Shown piece by piece: positions 28,101-35,230 of a stretch of DNA of 35,230 nucleotides. Each line of letters begins with the position of its first letter. Position 1 is the stretch's first letter. The notes under the pieces are model-generated. The model was not told where the DNA came from. It was given only the letters and a program-made list of their open reading frames with translations, and did not search any database. Both the position numbers and the translations under genes were made by a program. The DNA is from Alphaproteobacteria bacterium. Its GTDB lineage: Bacteria; Pseudomonadota; Alphaproteobacteria; UBA828. The stretch spans positions 1-35,230 of the forward strand of contig CAXXMU010000010.1 in NCBI GenBank assembly GCA_963667785.2, given 5' to 3'.

Positions 28101-28304
28101 GCCCGCGCCAGAGGGGTCGCGGGAGCACGAGCAGGGCCGCGCAAGTCGGAAGGGTTTTGCGGGGGGACGCGGAGCGGCACATGGCGCCATATTGACGTGC
28201 CCGCGCCGCACCGTGCACCGCACCATGGTCCGGTCAATGCTGTCGCGCGGGACGCGCGCGGTGCGCACGATACGTCCGTGATTGACGGACGCGCTCCAAA
28301 CGAA

Positions 28305-28334
28305 ACCGGCCCCCGGCTTTCGCCGGGGGCCGGT
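28305..28334 (-). terminator. Rho-independent terminator of the sugar ABC operon
   Basis: Perfect 13-bp stem ACCGGCCCCCGGC-TTTC-GCCGGGGGCCGGT, 20 nt past the stop at 28355, followed on the minus strand by TTCGTTTG. Confidence 0.75.
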
Positions 28335-28354
28335 CGCTCTCGCCCAGAGAGCGG

Positions 28355-29344
28355 CTACTGGGCCAGGCAGCTATCGTGGTTGTCGTTGTCGCAGACGTCG
28401 AGGCCCGTGTAGATCGGGTCGTCGACCTGCTTGCCCTCGGCAATGTCCTTCATGATGTACATGGCCATGTAGCCCATCTCGAAGGGCCGCTGACCGACGT
28501 TGCCGTTGGCGAGGCCTTCGGCAAGCTGCTCCATCTGCATCGGCAGCGTGTCGGCGACGACGATGGTGAGCTCACCGGCGTTCATGCGGTCCGTGTAGGG
28601 TGCGACGGCCTGGCGATAGGCGTTGTCGTACCACTGCGTGAAGGCGCCGGTGGAGAGGAACGCGGTGAGATCGGGATTGGCGGCCAGGATGTCCGTCATG
28701 CCGTTCACCGCGACGTTGCCGTCGTCGTTGGTGATGAGCGGACAGCCGGAGATCTCGGTCCAGCCGCCTTCGCCGGCCAGAGCCGCGCCCGGAGGCGTGC
28801 CGGTGTCGGCGCCGGCGAGCGTGTCGCGCGCGCCTTTCAGGCGCTCATTGTGGTTGGCGGCCGCGGCACCGCCGGTCTGCAGGCAGATCGTGCCGCCGCC
28901 CGGATGGCGCGCCATGACGAGCTTGGCGAGATTGACGCCGATATCGTAGTTGTAGGTGCCCACGTACGTGGTACGCAGACCGGCGTCCTCCGGCAGCAGG
29001 TCCGAATCCCAGGTCATCACCGGAATGCCGGCCTCCTGAGCGGCCTTCAGCGCCTTGGCCATCGCCGGCGCGTTGGACGGCGCCACCGCGATGCCGTCGA
29101 CACCCTTGGAGATGAGGTCCTGAACGATCTGGATCTGCTCCATCTCGGTGTGCTCACCAGGGCCGATGTACTCGCAGGTCACGTCCGCGAGCTCTTCCTG
29201 AGCCTTGTAGCAGCCGTCCCGGGCCAAATCGAAAAACGGATTGTTCATCGCCTTCGGCACCAGCGCGAAGGTGTAGTCCGCCGCCTGGACAATTCCGGGC
29301 GCGGCAAACGCCGCAACCACTGCGGCGATCAGAAGCTTTCTCAT
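28355..29344 (-). CDS. Sugar ABC transporter substrate-binding protein (RbsB-like, probably inositol)
   Basis: Signal peptide, KAMNNPFF, GIPVMTWDSD, YVGTYNY and GQRPFEMGY; located in an iol cluster. Confidence 0.9.
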   Translation of the reverse strand: MRKLLIAAVVAAFAAPGIVQAADYTFALVPKAMNNPFFDLARDGCYKAQEELADVTCEYIGPGEHTEMEQIQIVQDLISKGVDGIAVAPSNAPAMAKALKAAQEAGIPVMTWDSDLLPEDAGLRTTYVGTYNYDIGVNLAKLVMARHPGGGTICLQTGGAAAANHNERLKGARDTLAGADTGTPPGAALAGEGGWTEISGCPLITNDDGNVAVNGMTDILAANPDLTAFLSTGAFTQWYDNAYRQAVAPYTDRMNAGELTIVVADTLPMQMEQLAEGLANGNVGQRPFEMGYMAMYIMKDIAEGKQVDDPIYTGLDVCDNDNHDSCLAQ

Positions 29345-29380
29345 CGTGTATCTCCCATTGGTTGAGGTTTGCAGGCGGTC

Positions 29381-30397
29381 TCAGTTGCGCCTGCGGTTGC
29401 GGATCTGCTCCAGAAGAACGGCCAGGATCAGGAACAGGCCGACGAAGAATTGCTGCCACAGGGCGTCGATGCCCGCAAGGAGCAGCGAGTTTCGTATCAG
29501 CTCCATCAATCCGGCCCCGATCGGCGCGCCGATGGCATACACGACTCCGCCGAGCAGGTTGGCGCCGCCGATGACCGAGGCGGCGATCACGTTGAGCTCG
29601 TAGGTGAGGCCCAAAGCGTTCGTCACCGAGCCGAACCATCCCACCATCAGGAAGGCGGCCAGGCCGGCGCAGAGCGAGCAGACGACATAGACGGAGACGA
29701 TGACGCGCTCCACGGGAATGCCCGAGAGCTTCGCGGCCTGCGCGTTGCCGCCGATGGCGATCACCCAGCGGCCCCAGGTCGAGAAGCGCCACACCCACGA
29801 GAAGACGATGGTGAGGAATATCAGCACCCAGACCGGGTTCGGCACGCCGATGACGCTGGAGCCGCCGATCCACTCGAACAGGTCCTGATCGGGGCCGAAA
29901 TTGTAGATCATCTTGTTGTTGGAGACGACCATGGCGATGGATCGCGCCATCGCCAGCATCCCGAGGGTCACCACGAAGGGCGCCAATCGCAGGTAGGCGA
30001 TGAGCACGCCGTTCACGAGGCCGACCAGTGCGGCGACGCCCATGCAGGCCACGAAGCCCAGGCCGATGCTGTGGCCCGCCTGCATCACCAGGCCGGCGAC
30101 GATGCCCGTGAGCCCCATCAGGGAGCCCACCGAAAGATCGATGCCCGCCGTGCAGATCACCGCGGACATGCCCAGCGCCATGATACCGAAGAAGGCGAAA
30201 TTGCGGGTGATGTTGAACAGATTGCGCTCGGTCATGAACACGTCCGAGACGAAGGACATGGCCACCACGATCACGCAGATGGAGACGAGCACCCAGAACG
30301 GCTGGGTGCGGAAGGCGGCCTGAAGCCCGGTCAGCTCCTGGCGCTGGGTGACGCTCTCGTCGATTTCGGCGAAGGATTTCCGGTCGGGATCGGTCAT
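29381..30397 (-). CDS. Sugar ABC transporter permease (RbsC-like)
   Basis: Starts MTDPDRKS with an ATGA overlap. AGIDLSVGS, PFVVTLG, AIGGN.QAAKLSGI and YELNVIAASVIGG motifs. Confidence 0.92.
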   Translation of the reverse strand: MTDPDRKSFAEIDESVTQRQELTGLQAAFRTQPFWVLVSICVIVVAMSFVSDVFMTERNLFNITRNFAFFGIMALGMSAVICTAGIDLSVGSLMGLTGIVAGLVMQAGHSIGLGFVACMGVAALVGLVNGVLIAYLRLAPFVVTLGMLAMARSIAMVVSNNKMIYNFGPDQDLFEWIGGSSVIGVPNPVWVLIFLTIVFSWVWRFSTWGRWVIAIGGNAQAAKLSGIPVERVIVSVYVVCSLCAGLAAFLMVGWFGSVTNALGLTYELNVIAASVIGGANLLGGVVYAIGAPIGAGLMELIRNSLLLAGIDALWQQFFVGLFLILAVLLEQIRNRRRN

Positions 30398-31134
30398 GCC
30401 GTCTCGATCGCCCCCGTTATCAGTCCCGTCACCTCTTCGGGGCTCGTGTCCTTGATCGCCTTGTCCGAGACCTTCCTGCCGCGGCGCAGCACGGCGACCC
30501 GGTCGCACACGGCGAACACGTCCGGCATCCTGTGCGAGACGAGGACGACGGCGTGGCTGGTCTCCTTCAGGCGTTCGATCAGCGCGAGGACTTCGGCGAC
30601 CTGGCGGACCGAAATCGCCGCCGTCGGCTCATCCATCAGCACCAGCTTCGGGTCCGAGAGGCGGGTGCGCGCGATCGCGACCGCCTGGCGCTGCCCGCCC
30701 GACATCTGGCGCACGAGGTCGCGCGGCCGGGTCTCGGATTTGAGCTCGGTGAAGAGCTCGCCCGCGCGCCGGAACATGGCCTTGTGATCGAGATAGCGGA
30801 ACGGCCCGAAGCGCTTCTTCCGCTCGCGGCCCAGGAACACGTTGGCGGCGGCGGTGAGGTTGTCGCAGAGCGCGAGGTCTTGATAGACGATCTCGATCCC
30901 GTGCTGGCGCGCGTCGATCGGCTTGTGGAAATGGACTTCCGCGCCTTCGATGCGGATCGAGCCTGCCGACGGCGGGTAATTCCCGGCGACGATCTTCATC
31001 AGCGTCGACTTGCCCGCGCCGTTGTCGCCCATGAGCCCCACCGCCTCGCCCACGGAGACGGTGAGATCGACCTCCTGCAGGGCCTGAATCGCGCCGAAGC
31101 TCTTAGAGATGCTCTCGAGTTCGAGCAGGCTCAC
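30394..31134 (-). CDS. Sugar ABC transporter ATP-binding protein (single domain)
   Basis: GDNGAGKST, VYQDLAL, MSGGQRQ, LMDEPT and VSH motifs. Confidence 0.93.
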   Translation of the reverse strand: MSLLELESISKSFGAIQALQEVDLTVSVGEAVGLMGDNGAGKSTLMKIVAGNYPPSAGSIRIEGAEVHFHKPIDARQHGIEIVYQDLALCDNLTAAANVFLGRERKKRFGPFRYLDHKAMFRRAGELFTELKSETRPRDLVRQMSGGQRQAVAIARTRLSDPKLVLMDEPTAAISVRQVAEVLALIERLKETSHAVVLVSHRMPDVFAVCDRVAVLRRGRKVSDKAIKDTSPEEVTGLITGAIETA

Positions 31135-31260
31135 GCCGGGTTCTCCCGCATTGCAGCGCTCCGGGCGTCAGCCGCGCGGCCGGCGCCCTTCATGCCGTGA
31201 CTAAAGCCGCATTTCTCGGCAATGTCACGGTCTGCGTCGCGCGGGCCGCACGAGCCGGCG

Positions 31261-32268
31261 TCAGGCGATCTCCGAGACCTGGACCAGCCGCTTCTCACGG
31301 ATCGACACGTAGGCCGCCTCCGCCAGGATGAGGGCGCGGCGGCCGTCCTCGAAGCTCACCTCGGGCTCTTCTCCCTTCTCGACCGCATCGACGAAGGAGT
31401 CGATCTCGGCCATGAAGGCCTCGGTGTAGCGTTCGATGAAGAAGTAGAGGTAGGGCTCGGCGACCTCGCCGCTCTTCGCCGAGTAGCGCCGCATCTCGTG
31501 GGGCTTGCGGTTGCCGGACTGCGCCATGCCCTCGGACCCCATCAGCTCGATGCGCTGGTCGTAGCCGTAGACGGCGGTGCGCGAGTTGTTGATGTGGCAC
31601 TGCTTGCCGCTTGCCGTGCGCATCACGATCATGGCGGTGTCGATCTCGTCGAGCTCGCCCATGAGCACGGGGTCGATCAGCGCGCCCGCCACCGCGAAGA
31701 CCTCCACCGGCTCCTCGCCCAGCATGTAGCGGGCGAGGTCGAAGTCGTGGATCGTCATGTCGCGCAGCAGCCCGCCGGCCGCCTCCAGGTAGCCGCGCGG
31801 CGGCAGCTCCGGGTCGCGCGAGGTGATGATGACTTGGTGGAGATCGCCGATCTCGCCGGCGAGGACGGCGTTGCGCGCGGCGCGATGGCCCGGGTCGAAG
31901 CGGCGGTTGAAGCCGATCTGCACGGGCACGGAGGAGCCGGCGATCCGGGCCCGGCAGGTCTCGACGCGGGCGAGGCCGAGATCGATGGGCTTCTCGCAGA
32001 GCGTGGGCTTGCCCACCGCGACCGCCATCTCGATGTAGTCTGCGTGGGTGGGCGTCGCCGACGCGATCAGGACCGCGTCGACCTCCGCTGAGGCGAGGAC
32101 CTCCTCCACGCTGGCCGCGACGCGGGCGCCCTCGCGCTCGGCCACGGCGGCTGCCGCCGCCGCATCGATATCGTAGACCATGGAAAGAGAGGTGCGCGGA
32201 TGGCGCCCCACGTTGGCCGCGTGCATCTGGCCGATACGCCCGCACCCGAGAACCGCGATACGCAACAT
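31261..32268 (-). CDS. iolG: Inositol 2-dehydrogenase
   Basis: Starts MLRIAVLGCGRIGQMHA after a GAGGAG RBS. CEKPID, GFNRRFD, ITSRDP, DMTIHDFD, NSR..VYGYDQR and FFIERY motifs. Confidence 0.9.
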   Translation of the reverse strand: MLRIAVLGCGRIGQMHAANVGRHPRTSLSMVYDIDAAAAAAVAEREGARVAASVEEVLASAEVDAVLIASATPTHADYIEMAVAVGKPTLCEKPIDLGLARVETCRARIAGSSVPVQIGFNRRFDPGHRAARNAVLAGEIGDLHQVIITSRDPELPPRGYLEAAGGLLRDMTIHDFDLARYMLGEEPVEVFAVAGALIDPVLMGELDEIDTAMIVMRTASGKQCHINNSRTAVYGYDQRIELMGSEGMAQSGNRKPHEMRRYSAKSGEVAEPYLYFFIERYTEAFMAEIDSFVDAVEKGEEPEVSFEDGRRALILAEAAYVSIREKRLVQVSEIA

Positions 32269-32336
32269 CCCATTCTCCTCTTGCAAGTCCGTGCCGTTCG
32301 CCGATCGGCGCTGAAGCCGCCCGCGCCGGGGCAGCG

Positions 32337-33471
32337 TCAGGCCTCGACGGGGAGCCAGCGCCGCTCGCGCGACGAGCGCTGGATCGTCTCCACCAAGGTC
32401 TGGATGCGCAGGCCGCCGCGAAAGCTGAAGGGCTCCGGGCGCCTTGCCCACCAGGGCGTCGACGTACCCCGCGATCTCGATCGCCTTCAGGTCGTTGAAG
32501 CCGAGCTGGTGGCCCGCGCCTGGGCAGAAGCGGCCGTAGGGCGGATGATCCGGCGCGGCCTCGATACGGCGGAAGCCGCGCCGGCCGGGCGCGTCGTCCA
32601 TGTTGTAGTAGTGCAGCTCGCTGAAGCGCTCCTGGCTGAAGGCGAGCGCGCCCTTGCTGCCGTAGACCTCGAAGTCGTGCTGCATCTTGCGCCCGGTCGA
32701 GATCCAGTTGCCCTCGATGGAGCCGGTGGCGCCGCTCTCGAACACGACGAAGGCGCGGCCCACGTCGTCGACCTCCATGGTGCGCCGGCCGCCGCTTTCG
32801 TCGGGGCGCTCGGCGATCATGGTCACGCACTGCCCCATCACCTCGGCGATGGGCCCCAGCAGGTACTCCGCCGTTGCGAGCGCGTGGCTGCCGATATCGG
32901 CCAGCGCGCCGCCCCCCGCCGGCTCGTGGCGGAAGTTGGGCGGGGCGTCGGCGTCGGTCATGTAGTCCTCGCAGTGGAGGCCGCGGTAGCCGAGGATCGC
33001 GCCGAGCTCGCCGGCCGCGATCATCGCCTTCGCGACCGCCATCATCGGGTTGCAGAGGTAGTTGAACCCGACCTGCGTCTTGACGCCTGCGGCTTCGGCC
33101 GCCTCCGTCATGGCGCGCGCGTCCTCGACCGAGGTTGCGAGCGGCTTCTCGCAGTGGACGTGCTTGCCCGCGGCGATGGCCGCGAGCGACATCTCGCTAT
33201 GCAGCGCGTTGGGCGTGGTGACGTGGATCACGTCGATCTCGGGATCGTCGATCATGGTGCGCCAGTCGGTCGTCCACCGGGCGAAGCCGAGCGAGTCGGC
33301 GGCGCCGGCCGCGAGCTCCTCCGTGACGTCGGCGACCGTGTGCAGAACCGGCGCGAGCGGCAGGCCCAGCACCCTCTCCGCCGTGGCATAGCCGAAGACG
33401 TGGGCCTTGCCCATGTAGCCGGTGCCGATCAGGCCGATGCGGAGCGGCGGCTTCTCCGCCGCAGCCGGCAT
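32337..33471 (-). CDS. Gfo/Idh/MocA-family oxidoreductase (inositol dehydrogenase-like); one +1 frameshift at ~32437-32439
   Basis: Starts MPAAAEKPPLRIGLIGTGYMG. CEKPLA, GFNY, GGALADIGSH and GHQLGFNDLK motifs. Removing one base at 32437-32439 gives ...PEPFSFRGGLRIQTLVETIQRSSRERRWLPVEA and a stop at 32337. Confidence 0.85.
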
Positions 33472-34282
33472 CAGTAGATGCTCCCGGACTTCACCTCGGC
33501 GCGCGTCCCGCCCGACCAGGCTGCGCCATTCGGCGACCGAGGCGCCGGCGGCGGCGGCGAGCAGCCGCGAATCGGCCGCGACCGTGGTCCACTCGTAGCC
33601 CCACTCGATGGCGCGGGAACGCGTATTCGGGCGTGCCGCAGTGGATGCCCGCCTTGATGCCGTTGGCCCGGCAGACATCGGCGATGCGCCGGATGATCTC
33701 GACCATCTCCGGCTCCTCCCGGTCGAGGGCGGGCGGCAGGCGCCCCTGCTGGGTGCCGAGGGTGAGGTCGGCGGGCCCCACGTAGACGCCGTCGAGGCCG
33801 GGGGTGGCGCAGATCTCCTCAAGGTTGCGGACGCCGTCGGCGGTCTCGATCATCGCCATCGCGAGAACCTCGCCGTTCGCCTCGACCCCGTATCCCGGAT
33901 CGGCGACGGCTGCGCGCGTCGGCCCGAAGCTGCGCTGGCCGAGCGGCGGGTAGCGCATGTAGGAGACGAGCGCCTCCGCGTCCGCGCGGTTGTTGACCAT
34001 GGGGCAGATGATGCCCATGGCGCCGGCGTCGAGCGCCTTCATGATGATTCCCGGCTCCAGCCAGGGAACGCGGGCGAGCGGCGTGACACCGCTCGCGCGG
34101 ATCGCCTGCAGCATGGGCAGCAGCGCGGCATAGTCCAGCGCCCCGTGCTGCACGTCGATGTTGATCGCGTCGTAGCCCTGGCCGGCCATGATCTCGGCCG
34201 TGAAGGGGTTGCCGATGGAACACCAGCCCACGAGCACGGGCTGACCCGAGGACCAGATGTCTTTCAGCTTGTTGCGTTGCAT
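33471..34282 (-). CDS. HpcH/HpaI-family aldolase; two +1 frameshifts (~33617 and ~33500)
   Basis: Starts MQRNKLKDIW. IDVQHG, PLGQRSFG, MIETA and YVGPADL motifs. Correcting two insertions yields ...RAIEWGYEWTTVAADSRLL...EVKSGSIY-TGA overlapping the next ATG (TGATG). Confidence 0.82.
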
Positions 34283-34501
34283 GTCGTTTCCCCTCGACTC
34301 TCGGGCCGCACCGGGCGCGGTCTCGCCGGGCTTGCCGATCCCCTCGCTGCGGCGCTTTCCTATCATTGCTGGCGGCGGAAGGCGAACCGCCGCCTTGCCG
34401 CGCTTCGGCGCTCACACGACAGCGATCATTGCAACCTGCGTGCTGTGTCAATATGAGGTCTCCAGTCACGGAGCGATCGCGTCTTCGCGGAGAACGGAGC
34501 T

Positions 34502-35230
34502 ATGGCAGGAAATACCGTACGCCTGACGATGGCGCAGGCCCTGGTGCGCTATCTTTGCAATCAGCACACCGTCATTGACGGCGAGCGCGCCCCGCTCTTC
34601 CCCGGCGTGTTCGCGATCTTCGGTCACGGCAACGTCACCTGCCTCTCCGAAGCGCTCGAGACGGTTCAGGACCGGCTGCCGACCTGGCGCGGCCAGAACG
34701 AGCAGTCCATGGCGCTGGCGGCCATCGGCTTCGCCAAGGCCAGGCGGCGGCGCCAGATCATGATCGCCACGTCCTCGATCGGCCCCGGCGCGCTCAACAT
34801 GGTGACGGCGGCGGGCACGGCGCATTCCAACCGCCTGCCGATCCTGATCCTCGCGGGCGATACCTTCACCAACCGCCTGCCCGACCCGGTGCTCCAGCAG
34901 GTGGAGCACTTCGGCGATCCGACCGTCACCGTGAACGACGCCTTCAAGGCTGTCTCGCGCTACTGGGACCGGATCGCGCACCCGGCGCAGATCATGGCGT
35001 CGCTGCCGCAGGCCATCGCCACCATGCTCGATCCGGGCGATTGCGGCCCGGCCTTCATCTCGCTCCCGCAGGACACGCAGGAGCTGGCGTTCGACTACCC
35101 GGAGGCGTTCTTCGAGGAGCGGGTCTGGACCATCCCGCGCCCGCGCGCCGACCGCGAGCGCGTGGCCGAGGCCGCGGCGCTGCTCAGGACGGCGAAGAAG
35201 CCGCTCATCATCGCGGGCGGCGGCGTGCGC
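34502..35230 (+). CDS. iolD: 3D-(3,5/4)-trihydroxycyclohexane-1,2-dione acylhydrolase (ThDP-dependent), truncated by the window end
   Basis: Translated directly (absent from the ORF track because it has no stop in the window): MAGNTVRLTMAQALVRYL...AIFGHGNV...NEQSMA...SSIGPGA.NMVTAA...PDPVLQQ...VSRYWDRI. Confidence 0.93.
   Translation, partial: MAGNTVRLTMAQALVRYLCNQHTVIDGERAPLFPGVFAIFGHGNVTCLSEALETVQDRLPTWRGQNEQSMALAAIGFAKARRRRQIMIATSSIGPGALNMVTAAGTAHSNRLPILILAGDTFTNRLPDPVLQQVEHFGDPTVTVNDAFKAVSRYWDRIAHPAQIMASLPQAIATMLDPGDCGPAFISLPQDTQELAFDYPEAFFEERVWTIPRPRADRERVAEAAALLRTAKKPLIIAGGGVR

Noticed and set aside
27827-28443. Short ORFs spanning the meaB-ABC intergenic region
   Set aside because: Arg/Pro/Gly-rich translations with no motifs that run through the repeat array and terminator; judged non-coding.
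31261-33822. 853-aa ORF that looks like an aldolase-Gfo/Idh/MocA-IolG fusion
   Set aside because: Artefact of frameshifts at ~33500 and ~32438 bypassing the natural stops. iolG has its own RBS and ATG at 32268.

Overview
Very GC-rich bacterial DNA (roughly 70% by eye) with alphaproteobacterial-type genes, almost entirely coding. In order: a D-Ala-D-Ala carboxypeptidase with a SPOR domain; a tightly packed minus-strand corrinoid methyl-transfer operon (internally duplicated Cys/His hypothetical protein, MtaA/CmuA-family Zn methyltransferase, corrinoid protein, ASKHA/RACo-type reductive activator with an extra Cys4 N-terminal domain, AcsE-like pterin-binding methyltransferase, hotdog thioesterase); dgcN-dgcA; a SnoaL-like protein; a DAO-family oxidoreductase followed by a tRNA-Arg-like 3' fragment; an erythritol-type kinase/dehydrogenase/GlpD trio; an enolase-superfamily protein; an MFS transporter; a xanthine dehydrogenase-family M-S-L cluster with a MoaD-like protein; methylmalonyl-CoA mutase, an Atm1-type ABC transporter and MeaB; an intergenic array of 8 phased GGGA repeats resembling MraZ boxes; and an inositol uptake/catabolism region (ABC transporter, iolG, Gfo/Idh/MocA oxidoreductase, HpcH/HpaI aldolase, partial iolD). 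Six single-base indels break five otherwise intact genes, most likely as uncorrected long-read errors. The best candidate for an undescribed system is the corrinoid methyl-transfer operon at 1646-7595. All family calls come from motif recognition by eye; no database search was run.
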